DNA from: Leucoraja erinacea | Lineage: Eukaryota | Length of the DNA: 64,000 nucleotides | Assembly: GCF_028641065.1 (NCBI RefSeq) | Contig: NW_026576313.1 | Coordinates: 1 to 64,000 of the forward strand | Direction: 5' to 3' | Shown here: positions 33,313-46,714 of the stretch, piece after piece | Layout of the letters: each line of letters begins with the position of its first letter | How positions within the stretch are numbered: position 1 is the first letter of the stretch | Notes under the pieces: model-generated | What the model saw: the letters and a program-made list of their open reading frames with translations, nothing else | Told to the model about the DNA's origin: nothing | Databases searched by the model: none | Translations under genes and position numbers: made by a program

Positions 33313-36150
33313 ACTTCCGGTTTGAACATGGGTTGAACAGCTGTGTGTGAGCGTTGCTCCCGATTACTGCTCAAGACTACTCGTTTATCTTTGCTATATT
33401 TTTGAGATAACCCACTATTAAACGCTATGAAGGACTCAAGGCAGTATTAAGCATCTGAAACAGTAAGTAAAATGAGCCGTCGAACTAAAACCGGGGGGAA
33501 AGACAGTGAAATCTCAAGCAAGAGCGCTGCAGCTTTGGCACCGCTCCCGGAAGCTGGCCTTGAACTACCAGAGGATTTGGAGAGGCTTCGTTCAGCACTC
33601 CTTGCTGACATGACACACGACTCTGTCCTAAAAAGAGAACTTGAAGTGGCTTTGTCGCCGGTGTACACCAGTCTGGAGCAAGTTAAATCCTATCACGAAT
33701 TGCATGATGAACGCATTCGCGAGGTTGAAGATGGCCTGAATGACCACAGTGACAGACTGGCGAGCGCCGAAATTGCTATAGCTGCATTACAGAGTGAAAA
33801 CACACTCCTGAAAATGAAGTTAGATGACCTCGAGAACCGGTCGCGGAGATCCAAGGGTGGTCGGGATTCCTGAAAATATGGAAGGCTCGGACCCTGTTAA
33901 ATTTATACCTGAGTTTTTTGAAGAAGTGCTGGGGGCGGATTTCTTCTCAAGACCTCTTATGCTTTCTCGTTCCCACCGAATTGGACCTACACCAACAGAC
34001 GTCCCGAATATCAAGCCATCTAAGCCAAAGAGTGTTCCTGGTTCTCTTTCATTACTTCCAGGATAAACATCGTATCATCACCAAACGGAGACAGGAGCTG
34101 TTCTTCCGAGGGCACCGGGTGTTTTTTTTATGAAGATTTCAGCGTGAAGCTGGGGAGAAAACGTGCAACTTTTAGGGAAATAAAATCCCTGCTTTACAAT
34201 AAAGGGGTTCGGTTTGGCCTCCAGTATCCTGCCCGGCTCCAGGTCACTCGTGAAGGTAAAAAGCACTATTTCAATAAACCAGAGACTGCCAAAAAGTTTT
34301 ACTACTCGCGCTGGGGAGGTGACAGCCGTGAAGAACAATGACCTTTTAGGATATCCATGCGTTATTGGCACGGCCTCCTGCGGCGGTGATCTTTGGAAGA
34401 TGTGTTTATTCTTCAGTTTAATTTGTGGAATCCGACTGAGCTGAACTGCAATGCTACATATTTTGGTGAGTGAGTCGAGGACTTTTTGCCAGCAAAATGT
34501 AAATGTCTAAGATTACTCTTTGGGATACAATTTTCACTTCCTTCTTTCTCGTAATGCTTTGCTTGTCCGGGGTTATCTTTAGCCTATATATCTTAAAAGT
34601 AGAATAAATGACTGTACAACTTTCAAAGAAGGGAGCCACCCTCAATTGGATCAAACATTTTAGTCAGGGAACACTTCGGAAGTTTTTTGTTTTGTAATGC
34701 CTGCGGTCATCCTCAGTCGGGGAAGAAGTTCTAGGTTTTTGGGGGTTAATTTTTTTTTGTTATTATAAGGGGATGAGGGAAAGGTGTTGGGGGTAAAGGC
34801 AGCTCATTCTTTGATTGTTACAAATGCACTCGACTTTCTTTTTTTTTTTGCTTTTTTCTCTTCTCTTTTTTTTTATCTCCCCCCCCCCTCCCCCACCATT
34901 GCAGCCTTCGCGTGGTTCTGGATGGCAGACGCTGTATGTATTTTTTTAATCATATTTTGAAATATGGCTAATGGTGATATTGATGGAGGCAATCCTGTGA
35001 GGTTTATATCTTGGAATGTAAAGGGGCTCAATGGTCCGGTTAAAAGAGCTAAAGTTTTTTCTCACCTAAAACAACTAAAAACAGATATACTACTTTTACA
35101 AGATACTCACTTAAGACTGCAAGATCATAATAGACTGCGTAAAACGTGGGTTAGTCAGATTTCTCACTCCAAATTTAATAGTAGGTCCAGGGGTGTGGCA
35201 CTATTAATCAACAGAATAATACAGTTTACACCGTCTGACATAGTTTGTGACCCTAATGGCCAGTTTATTATAGTTTCCGGGTGTCTTTTTCAAAAACCTG
35301 TCGTTTTAGTGAATGTTTATGCCCCTAAATGGGATGATGTTCACTTTGCAAATAAGGTTCTGTCATTAATACCCAATCTGAACACGCACCAGCTAATTTT
35401 TTCGGGAGACCTGAACTTTGCTATTAATCCACTGCTTGATAGGTCTAGTTCTAAGGGGACACCTTCTGGTATGACAAAGACCTTCTCACTGTTTATGCAA
35501 CAAAATGGTTATGTGGACCCCTGGAGATTTCTGAACCCAACTGCTAGACAATTCTTTTTTTTTTCTCATGTTCACCATTCTTTTTCCAGAATAGACTATT
35601 TTTTTATAGACAGCCCCTTCATTCCTAGGGTTAAGAAAATTGAATATACCGCTATAGTAATATCAGATCACTCACCTGTGATACTGGACCTAGGCTTTCC
35701 TTTAAATATTAAAGAACGACCGCTTGGAAACTCAACCCCCTTTTGCTTTCCAATGAAAAATGTTGCAGTTTTGTATCAGCTAACATAGACACATTCCTTG
35801 AAATTAATACAGCTGAGTCCCTATCCTGCTCTTTAATTTGGGAAACTTTAAAAGCCTACTTAAGAGGTCAAATCATATCTTATACTTCATACGCCAATAA
35901 AGAACGCAAGAAGGAAATGGAAACCCTGTTAAAATCCATCTTGACCCTGGATAGGCAATATTCTGAAGCACCCACCACCCAATTATACAAAAGCCGTGCT
36001 GATTTACAAACGAAATGCAATCTTTTATCTACTAATCAAACAGAACAACTAATTCTCTGGACTCGTGGTCTTTATTATGAATATGATGATAAGGCTTATG
36101 GCTCACCAACTGAAGCGTCAATCCGCGTCACGGTTTATTCCTCAGATAAG
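33313..36150 (+). mobile_element. L1 LINE 5' half: 5' UTR, frameshifted ORF1 (33472-34341), APE endonuclease ORF2 start (34964)
   Basis: DDLENRSRR, LQYPARL (ORF1); SWNVKGLN, QDTH, NVYAP, GDLN, SRIDY, SDHSP, WETLKAYLRGQII (ORF2). Confidence 0.92.
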
Positions 36151-36359
36151 AGACATACACCAAGACTTATCACCTGGTTGCTACCCTTTGAAGATTATTT
36201 TAGCCTATCTAAGCTGTATGTACGCGCCGCCCCAATGAATAACGCACTGTTTTCATTTTCGCACCACAATTGGAAATGTGATATAATCTGAACACAGCAA
36301 TGTGCGTATAGCTGACCCCATCGTTCATTGAAGTTGCATAAGCATTTCTCCCATTTCTC

Positions 36360-36455
36360 ATCATCAGTCTGAAGAACGGTTTCGACCCGAAACGTCACTC
36401 ATTCCTTTACTCCAGAGATGCTGCCTGTCCCGCTGATTAACTACAGCATTTTGTT
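36360..36455 (+). ncRNA. Penelope-derived repeat with hammerhead-like core (36369-36396)
   Basis: AGT-CTGAAGA-ACGGTTTCGACCC-GAAACGTC-ACT. Confidence 0.55.
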
Positions 36456-36596
36456 TCTTCCATTTCTCGTTCCGGTATAAAAATAGAAAAGTTGACGCGT
36501 TTTGATGTGAGCCTGCTGTCCGCAATCTTTGAGGCAGGTGTTCTTCCAATCCAGATGTTCCAACGATGACTGTTGTGGGAGGCAGGCAACATTCAC

Positions 36597-38974
36597 CATA
36601 GAATAGAATAGAATAGTGTCTTTATTGTCATTGTAACATGAACCATGTACAACGAAATTTAAAATGTCAGCCAGTCAGTGCAGCATTCAAACATTTCTAA
36701 AAGCTAATGATACATACAAGGTAAAATATTAAAGATAAACAACTAAATAAATATCACGGACAAAGCACGCATACACACCCAACCCTCCATCCTTCTGTCG
36801 ATTCCACAGTTACCACAGTCCCTTAGTCTGTATCGCCCCTGCGTTCCTTGGCGGCTACATTTAGTGCTTTTATAGCAGTGGGGTAAAAACTGTTTTTTAG
36901 TCTATTTGTCCTTGTAGATCTGTACCGTCTGCCTGACGGCAACAGTTCAAACAGGGAGTGTCCGGGGTGGGAAATGTCCTTTATGATATTCTGGGATTTT
37001 TTTGGTGCAACGGGAACTGTGTAAGTCATCCAAGGTAAGGAGAGGGCAGCCGACAATCCTCTGGGCGTTGTCAATGGCCCTCTGGAGCGCTTTCCTCTGA
37101 GCCGCTGTGCAGCTGGTGTACCACACGCATACACAGTATGTTAGTATGCTCTCAATGGAGCACCGATAAAAGGACAGCAGCAGTCTCTGAGTGATGTTAT
37201 TCTTCCTGAGCACCCTCAGGAAGTGCAGTCTCTGCTGGACCTTTTTCAGCAGCGCAGTGGTGTTCACGCTCCACGTCAGGTCCTCCTCAATATGGATTCC
37301 CAGGAAGCGGAAATCCGCCACCCTCTCTACACAGTCCCCTTTGATAGTCAATGGTACCATGTCCGTTTTGTTCTTCCTGAAGTCTATTATTACTTCCTTT
37401 GTCTTTAAGGTGTTGAGGAGCAGGTTATTTTCTTCACACCACACTGTCAGCTGCTCCACCTCATCCCGGTAGGCGTACTCGTCCCCCCCGGAGATGAGTC
37501 CCACCACCGTAGTTTCATCCGCAAATTTGACAATGGTGTTGCTGTGGTGGGCGGGGGTGCAGTCATGTGTGTAGATGGTGTAGAGCAGGGAGCTCAGTAC
37601 GCAGCCCTGTGGAGAGCCGGTACTGAGGCTGAGGGCCGTGGATGTATGATGGCCCACTCTGACTCTCTGGCTGCGACCCGACAGGAAGCTATTTATCCAC
37701 GTACAGGTGGAGTGTGGAAGTCCCACGTCCCCCAGTTTGTCCACCAGTTTGTGGGGAAGGATGGTATTAAAAGCAGAGCTGTAGTCCACAAAGAGCATCC
37801 GCACGTAGCTTCCCCGCTGCTCCAGGTGAGACAGTGCAGCATGGAGAGCTGTGGCTACAGCGTCCTCTGTAGATCTATTTGCTCTGTACGCAAACTGGTG
37901 GGGGTCAAAGCTTCGGGGCAGAAGTGATGTGATATGACCCCGGACCAGTTTTTCAAAACACTTCATCACCACAGGTGTGAGTGCGACTGGCCGGTAGTCG
38001 TTGAGGCTGGAGATGTTGGTTTTTTTGGGCAAGGGGACTATGGTGGAGGACTTCAGACAGGGTGGGACAGTGGACTGGGCCAGAGACTGGTTAAAAATCC
38101 TTGTAAAGGCTCCAGCCAGCTGGTCTGTGCAGTCCTTCAACACGCGTCCAGAGACGCCGTCAGGATCAGTAGCCTTCCTTGGATTTATGGCCCGCAGAGT
38201 GCGCCTCACCTCATGCTCCTCTATCTTGAGGGTTAGGCTGCTGCGGACCATGTGCTGTGATGTGGCTGTCTCGGGTGGCTCCACTTCAAAGCGAGCAAAG
38301 AAGTGGTTCAGCTCCTCTGCCAGCGAGGCGTCACCTTCAACAGCTCCAAGGTTGGTCTTATAGTTGGTGAGATACTGGATCCCCTGCCACACCTGCCTGC
38401 TGTTATTACTGTCCAGGTGGTCCTCGATCTTCCTCCTGTAGTTTGATTTGGCCTCTCTGATGCCTCTCTTCAGGTTAGCTCGGGCCGTGCTGTTTAAAGC
38501 CCTGTTGCCAGACCTAAAAGCGGTGTTCCTCTCTTTCAACAGCCGCTGGACCTCCCGGGTCATCCAGGGCTTCTGGTTGGGGTAGACCCCGATACGTTTG
38601 TCCACTGTGACCGTGTCCATGCAGTTTTTAATGTAACACAGTACACTGTCTGTGAACACCTCCAGGTCCCGGTGTTCAAACACCTCCCAGTTGGTCCTGT
38701 CGAAACAGTCCTGCAGCTGCTGAGAAGCACCATCAGGCCAGGTTGTGATGGTCTTTGTAATAGTAGGAGCGGTTTTCCTGAGGGGGGCATATGCAGGAAT
38801 TAAGAGCAGGGACATATGGTCAGACTGGCCCAGGTGTGGTAGTGGTCTAGCCCTGTAGCCCAGCTTGATGTTGGAGTAGACCTTGTCCAGGGTGTTAGCT
38901 CCTCTTGTAGCACATTTAACATGCTGGTAGAATTTGGTCAGCATTTTCTTCAAGTCCGCGTGGTTAAAGTCCAT
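36597..38974 (-). mobile_element. 5'-truncated Rex1/Babar LINE, 675-aa open frame, (TTCTA)n tail
   Basis: [38 protein letters not shown] (second catalytic D replaced by E). Confidence 0.92.
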
Positions 38975-39084
38975 GAACCTGGCGTGATGCTAGACAAACT
39001 GTAGTCCATGAAGGGTGGCTACAATCACCGTCTCGAAAGACCTCGTGATGATGACGTCAGAGATACTTACGGTTATCATTTTAC

Positions 39085-40990
39085 TCTACTCTTACTAACA
39101 CTTTTATCTTGATCACTTCCTGTCTGGGTTGAAATTAAATTTGCTCAAAATCGATCCCGCATAGCACTACGAATTTTGGTCACCTTACTCACCATTCCCC
39201 TCTGCTACCAGTCAAATAAGTTTTGTACCGATCGTGAAATATTAGAAAAGTTATTGGTTTGTTATTCGCCATGACGGCGACGCGCCATCTTGCACCCGCT
39301 ATTAATCATCGGCCGCGAGAATAAAGCTGAAGGAGCGTAGCGAGCAGAGTGAAGCAGGATCAGTGTTCTGCGAGCGAGGGCTGTATTCTGTGTTGTGTGT
39401 TCTGTAAGGGGGGCTGTGTTCTGTTCTGTGAGCGAGGTCTGTGTTCTGAGAGCGGGGGCTGTGTTCTGCGTGCGGGGTCTGTGCTCTATTCTGCGAGCGG
39501 GGGATGGAGGCTGTGTTCTGTGTTCTGCGAGCGGGGGGGGGGGGGAGCGCACCACCCCTCCCACATCCCCTACCTCTACCCCGACAAACCCCTACTCCAC
39601 CACACCCTCCCTCCCCTAAACCCCCACTACACCACCCTACACCGCCGCTAAACCGCACTACACACCCCACACCCCCCTCCCCCACATCCCCCCTTCACCC
39701 GCCTCCCCTACATCACTCTCCCTTGCACCGCTCCTCCCCTACACCCCTCCCCAACACCACCTCCTCTACACCACCCCTCCCCAACAGCCCCTCACCTACA
39801 ACCCCCTCCCATACACCACTCTCCTCTAAACAACCTCTCCCACAGCCCCCCTCCACTTCAAACCCCCCAGCCCTACAAATGTCCTTCCCCCACAACCCCC
39901 TCCCCTACAACCCCATCTCCCATACGCCCACATCCCCTACATCACCATTTTCCTGCACCCCCTACTCTCCATACACCCCATCCCCTACTAAAACAACCCC
40001 TACAAACCTCTCTCCCCAACAACCCCCCAACCCTACACCTCCCTAACCCACAAAACCCTACCCAACAACCACCCCTCCCCTACACGCCCCCTCCCCTACA
40101 ACCCCCTCTTCTACAGCCGCCCTCACCTGCATCCGCCCCTCCCCACACCCCCGCACCCCTACTCCCCCTCCGCTATACCCCCTATCCCACACACTCCCCT
40201 CCACCACACATATCCCTTCCCACACTCCCACCACACTCACCGCTACCATACACCCCCTAACATACACGTCCCTCATCCGCACCACACATGCCCCCCCACA
40301 CGCACCGCCTCCCCTACCCCCACAACTCCCCTACCCCCACACATCCCCCAACCCCCACAACCGCCCTGCCCCAAAACACCCCTACCCCCAACATCCCCCC
40401 TACCACCACCATCCCCACTTACACCACTGCCCCTCCAACCCCCTCCCACCCCTTACCTCCACTCACACCCCCCTCCCCCACCCACTCTCTCCCCACCATC
40501 CCCACTACCCCCATCACCACCTACCCCCACCCCTACCCCCACCATCCCCCCACCCCCACCCCTACCCCCACCCCCCCGCCATCCCCACTACCCCCACCAT
40601 CCCCAGCTACTCACACCACCATACCCCCACCACCCCCACCTACCCCTACCAACCCCCCTACCCCCAACACTCCCTACTCCCACGATCCCCCTACCCCCAA
40701 CACCCCCTACCCCACCCATCTCTTACCCCCTCCCACTCCACTCTACTCCCACCAACCCCTCTCCCCCTACCACCACCCTCTCCCTACAAAACAACACCCC
40801 TCCCCCCACAAATCCCCCCCGCCACGCCTGAATTCGTCCTCCTCGACTGGGTGCAGGACGCTCCCGGCCTGAAGCCGTCCCCGTCCCCGGCCATGGCTAC
40901 TGAACGCTCCTGCCGTTGGATGAGTGGTGGAACATTGCGTTGGTGTAGCAGACCTCCCGTGTAAATGGGACCCAACGGGTCCCAATTAGT
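39085..40990 (+). mobile_element. Non-autonomous Helitron-type element with internal repeats and C-rich tract
   Basis: 5' TCTACTCTTACTAAC..TCTTGATCACTTCC; 3' hairpin TGGGACCC-AAC-GGGTCCCA (40966-40984); terminal CTAG not seen. Confidence 0.65.
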
Positions 40991-43673
40991 ATCGCAATTT
41001 ATTGAAAATGTCTTTCTTATTCTTTCACAGTCGCTCATGGTTTTATAAGAGGATATATTGCAGAAGGTATTGCAGTACGCAACAGAATTTTCAGCTGTAG
41101 TTTGAGAGATTCATTGACCCCGCCGGATATAAGTTTCTATCGTGCCAATAAGAAATTATTTTATTATGTTGTCTTATCAGTTGGCATAAACTTCCGTACA
41201 TTTGTTTGACAGTGTACCACCATGTTCGGATCAGAGACGATGAGACTTCATCTGATCCTCGTTCGAGAACTGGTCCTAAAGGGTTCCCTTTTCGTTGGAT
41301 AGCAGGCTTTATTTGTGCAAGTGGGTGCAGTTGCCGGAAAACAAGTTGAAGGATGCTGAAATATAGATAGTACGGAGGTACCTCTAAATTTAGATGTAAG
41401 TGGCATTGCAGCAGATTGACAGGGGTATAATAATTACGATTTCTGTCCAGGTATTGGGTAAAATTACACTTTTCCCCATGTACATCTATGAGTTGACCAT
41501 GCTGACTCTAGTATATAATATAGTATGTTTCTTTTCCATAATCAAACAAAAGAAAATCACATTTCTAATTGAAGTGCGCGACTATAGCAGGATGTTGAGC
41601 AGAGCACAAAGTGTCGAAGGGACGCAGCGGGCAGGCAGCTCCTGGGACAAGCGACTTTACGGATAGGGACCCTTCTTCAGCCTGGAGAACATTCCACAGT
41701 TTGAATAAGGAATCTTGCATCAGTCTGAGGTGGAGGCAGTGTAGAGGAAAGACGTCAGAACTAACAGGCGAGATTGGATATAAAATAAGACGTGTCATTC
41801 TGATTTATCTATTGCCTAAATCCATTCAATCCGGATCTTCAGTCTGAAGAGAGGGCAACGTGATAGGATGAAGATAATTATTGTCTAAGACAAGTTTCGG
41901 CAGAACCTTGAGCAAAACATTAACCGCTGGAGGAATTCAGCCGGCCAGGCAAGGGCGTAGCAGTGAGCGTTTCCGCTCGCAACATTTACTGAATGAGACG
42001 CGTCATGTTATTTATTGCGTCTACAGTGCATGTCATACATTTTACAGCCAATCCTGCGTTGTTTGGATGGCCTATTAAATGGCCGGTGTCATGTCTCTGG
42101 AAGGTCGTTAATTTGTCCCTCTGTTTACGAGAAACTGAGAAGCTAGTGCTACTTAGGGGGGGGGGGGGGGGGGGGGGAGATAGAGAGTGATGCAATGTGA
42201 TATGAATATGCATATAAATCGGCACTTTACTTGATTGTGAGAAACGTTTGATAGTCAGAACAGTTAAGTCTACTTCTGTCCCCACCGATGCTGCCTGACC
42301 TGCAAATTGCATGATGCATATGGTGTTCTTCACTTCATTTTTCAATTTTTGCTTTCTGGATTCTACCATTTTGATTATCTATCAGAATCCAGGGATTACC
42401 TATTTAAGCAGATCATTATCGGCTTCCCTGTTCTACCCCCCACCCAGCTCCCCCCCTCCCCCTCCCCCAGGGACTGCGTAAACAATAATATCCAATGTCA
42501 AAATATGTCCATCATGTCCTTTAATATGTTAGTTAATAGGAAGGTCATGAATTCGAAAATAAGACCTAAATGATTGTAAGGTGCAGGATCAGTTCATTCC
42601 AAAGAAGAAGAAAGATTCCAAGGGGCGACCGTGGCTGACAAGGGAGGTCAGGGACCGTGTACAAATAAAAGAGAAGAAGTACAACGTAGCAAAGATGAGC
42701 GGGCAGGAAGACGATTGGGTAATGTTTAAAGAGCAACAGAAGATAACCAAAAAGTCAATACGGGGGAGAAAAGATGAGGTACGAAGGTAAGCTAGCCAAG
42801 AATATAAAGCAGGATAGTAAAAGCTTCTTCAGGTATGTGATGTGGAAAAAAATAGTTAAGACCAAAGTTGGACCCTTGAGACTGAAAAAGGTGAATTTGT
42901 TAAGGGGAACAAGGAAATTGCAGATGTGTTGAACAGGTACTTTGGATCTGTCTTCACTGAGGAGGATACAAGGAATCTTCCTGATATAGCCGTGAGGATC
43001 TGCGGTGGCGGAGGAACTGTAAGGAAATCCACATTAGGCAGGAAATGGTGTTGGGTAGACTAATGGGACAGAAGGCTGATAAATCCACAGGGCCTGATGG
43101 TCGGCATCTCAGGGTACTTAACGAAGTGACTCTAGAAATCGTGGATGCCTTGGTGATCATTTTCCAATGTTCTATAGATTCAGGACCAGTTCGTGTGAAA
43201 TGGAGGGTAGCTAATGTTATCCCAATTTTTAAGAAAAGCGGGAGAGCGAAAACAGGGAATTATAGACTAGTTAGCCTGACATCGGTGGTGAGGAAGATGT
43301 TGGAGGCAATCATAAAAGTTGAAATAGCGGCACATTTGGATAGCAGTTACAGAATCGGTCCAAGTTAGCATGGATTTATGAAGGGGAAATCATGTTTGAA
43401 TAATCTTCTGGAATTTTTTGAGGATGTAACCAGGAAAATGGACAAGGGAGAGCTAGTGGATGTAGTGTACCTGGACTTTCAGAAATCATCTAATAAGGTC
43501 CCACATAGGAGATTAGTGGGTAAAATTAAGGTACATGGTTTAGGGAGTAGAGTGCTGACATGGATAGAAAATTGGTAGGCAGACTGGAAATACATAGTCC
43601 CTTAACGGGTCCCTTTCAGAATGGCAGGCGGTGACTAGTGGGGTACCGCAAGGCTCGGTGCTAGAACCGCAGC

Positions 43674-45744
43674 TCTATCTTATCTATATTACTAAAACTC
43701 TGTTCTTGACCGCTTTTGGCAATCTGTGCTGCGATATCCGAGAGAACGCCGCCATCTACGGCCGTCATTTTTGGCCACCTCGCTCAGAGCCCCCCTCCGC
43801 CGTATGTGTGCCGAGGATTTTTCCCGTCGATAAAATATGACAGAGATATTCATGATTTTACAAAATTCCACATTCTCTCTGCTGCCCCCGCTGGCATTAG
43901 GGGGGAGGGACTATAAAACCGGGAAGTGGTGTGCCTCATTCAGTCTCTTCAAGATGGTGGAAGGCAGAGGGTCACTTTTCTCTGAGCTGTGAATAACACT
44001 GAACACATCTCCACACAACTATGAGTAAGTACCCTTAATGTGGTTTGAACATGAAAATATGCTTAAAGTAAAAAAGCACTGCCTGTAAATGGTTGTGTGG
44101 GTTGAAATAAAATGCACTCTCTCTCTCTCCCCCCTCCTCCTCCTCCCCCCCTCCTCTCCCCCCTACTCTCCCCCCACCTCCTCTCTCCCCCCCTCTCCTC
44201 CTCCTCCCCTCACCTCACCCCCCTCTCAGCACACCCCTCACTCCCCCTCTCTCTCTCTCCCCCCCACTCCTCTCCCCCCTCTCCTCTCCCCACTCACCTC
44301 TCCCCCCTAACCTCTCCCCCCTCTCCTCTCTCCTCCCTCCCCCCTCTCCCCCCTCCTCCCCTCCTCCCCCCTCCTCTCCCCCTCCCCGCTCTCCTCTCCC
44401 CCTCTCCCCCTGCCCCCTCTCTCTCTCCCCTCTTTTTCTCCCCCCTCCTCCCCTCCAACCCCTCCCCCACCGTCCCACCCCTAAACCCCCCTCCCCTCCA
44501 CACACCCATACCCCCTTCCCTCCACCCTCCCTGCTCTCCACCTCTCCCCCTCCCCTCACCTCATCCCCTCAGCACACCCTCTCTCTCCCTCTCTACCCCC
44601 CCCCTCTCCCCCCCTCTCTCCTCCTCTCGCCTCCCCCTCTCACCCCCTGCCCCCTCTCTACTCCCCTCTCCCCCCCCCCCTGCCCCCTCCCCCTCTCCTC
44701 TCCCCATCTCTCCTCCCGCCCTCTCCCCCTCCCCCTCTCACCTCCCTCCTCCCCCTCCCTCCCTCTCCCCTCTCTCTCTCCTCCCCTCCTCCCTCCTCCC
44801 TCTCCCCCCCTCTCCTCTCCCCCCCTCAACCCCTCTCCTCTCCCCCCCTCCTCCCCCCCCTCCTCTCCTCCCTCCCCCCTCTCCCCCCCCTATCTCTCTC
44901 TCTCCCCTCTTTTTCTCTTCTCCCCCTCCTCCACTACATCCCCTCCCCCACCGTCCCTCCTCTAAACCCCCCTCCCCTCCAAACACCCCCCCTACCCCCT
45001 TCCCTCCACCCTCCCTCCCCCTCCCTGCTCCCCACATCTCCCCCTCCCCTCACCTCACCCCCCTCTCAGCACATCCAGCACCCCCCTCTCCCCTCTCTCC
45101 CCCGCCCTCCCCCTCCCCCCCCCTGCCCCCCTCCCCCCCCCCCCCCCTCCCCTCCCCTCTCTCCCTCCCCTCCTCCCCTGCTCCTCTCCATCTACTCCCC
45201 TCCATCCCCTCCCCCACCCTCCCTCCCCTAAACCATCTCTCCCCTCCACACCCCCTACCCTCGTTCGTTTCCACCCTCCCCCCTCCCCTCCCCCTCCCTG
45301 CTCCCCACCTTTCCCCCTCATCCCCCCCTCTCAGCACCCCCTCTCTCTCCCCCTCCCCTCACTCTCACCCTCTTTCTCTCCTCCCCTCCCTCACCCACCC
45401 TTCCTCTTCTCCTCCTCCCCACCATCCTCTCCCTCTTGCCCCTCTCTCTGTGTTTCTCTCTCTCTCTCTGTCTCTGCACCCTTCTCTCTCTGCCCTCACT
45501 CTTAGCCCCCCCCCCCCCCCCCCCCTCTGTGACTGAAAGTTGGGGGCTATGCGTCAGTAGACAGGGTGGTTATGGGGTAAAAGGAGCAAATTAATAATAT
45601 TAATATTATATCAAATGTTATTTCAAATATTATAATTAGCGTGAGTGCGGGGGGGGGTAGTTAGTGTGTGTTACGCTGCATGCCGCCTCCTCCCCCACAA
45701 ACGCACGTTGGGGGAGAGACCCAACGGGTCTGCCCTTGGTCTAG
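43674..45744 (+). mobile_element. Non-autonomous Helitron-type unit 1 with 1.4-kb C/T-rich tract
   Basis: A|TCTATATTACTAAAA at 43683; hairpin AGACCC-AAC-GGGTCT 45717-45731; ends CTAG|T. Confidence 0.8.
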
Positions 45745-46714
45745 TATATTACTACATTTCTGTTCTTGACCGCTTTTGGCCTTCTGTGCTGCGTTTTCCG
45801 AGAGAACGCCGCCACCTACGGCCGTCATTTTTACCACCTCGCTCAGAGCCCCCCTCCACCGCATATGTGCCGAGGATTTTTCCCGTCGATGAAAAATAAC
45901 AGAGATATTAATGTTTTTACAAAATCCCCCATTCTCCCTGCTGCCCCTGCTGGAGGGAAGGGAGGGACTATAAAACCAGGAAGTGGTGTGCCTCAATCAG
46001 TCTCTGCAAGTGGTGTGCCTCAATCAGTCGCTGCCAGTGGTGTGCCTCAATCAGTCTCTGCAAGTGGTGTGCCTCAATCAGAGCTCTGAATAACACTGAA
46101 CAAATGTCTCCACAGCTGTGAGTACCCATAATGTGGTTTGAAAATGAAAATATGGTTAGTTTGAGGGAAAAAAGCACTGCCTGCAAATGGTTATTTGGGT
46201 TGAAGCAAAAAGGCACCCACTCTCTCTATCCACTCTCTCTCCCCACAACTATCTCTCCCTATCCCTCTCTCTTTCACTCTATCTCTCCCCCCTGCCTCTC
46301 TCCCTTTCTCTCTCTCTGTCTCCCCTCCTCTCTCTCCCCGCTCTCGCCATCACCCCCCTCTCCTCTCCTCCCCCTCCTCTCTCCCCCCTGCTCCCTTCTC
46401 CCCCTTCCCCCCCTCCTCTCCTCCCTCCTCTCCTCTCTCCCCCTCCGCTCTCCCCCCTCTCTCCTCTCCCCTGTCCCTCCCTCTCTAACGCCGCCCCCCT
46501 CTCTCTAGATGTGACTGCAATTTGAGGGCTATGCGTCAGTAGGTGGTTAAGGGGTAAAGGAGCAAATTAATAATATTCATGTAATATCAAGGGGGTAATT
46601 ACCGGGTGTGTGGCGGGGGGTGGGGATAGTTAGTGTGTGTGACGCTGCATGCCGCCCCCCCCCCCCCTCCCCCACAACCGTACGTTGGGGGAACAGACCC
46701 AGCACTTGGTCTAG
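45745..46714 (+). mobile_element. Non-autonomous Helitron-type unit 2 (tandem paralogue), containing a 27-bp repeat at 45983-46081
   Basis: Collinear with unit 1; ends CTTGGTCTAG|T; GTGGTGTGCCTCAATCAGTCTCTGCAA about 3.7 copies. Confidence 0.8.

Noticed and set aside
41140-41200. KKLFYYVVLSVGI as a possible exon 1 of the second receptor
   Set aside because: No in-frame ATG or canonical donor at the expected positions
44112-45536. 474-aa Pro/Ser/Leu-rich ORF and similar ORFs at 39504-40872
   Set aside because: Stop-free by composition in C-rich low-complexity tracts inside Helitron-type units; not evidence of genes
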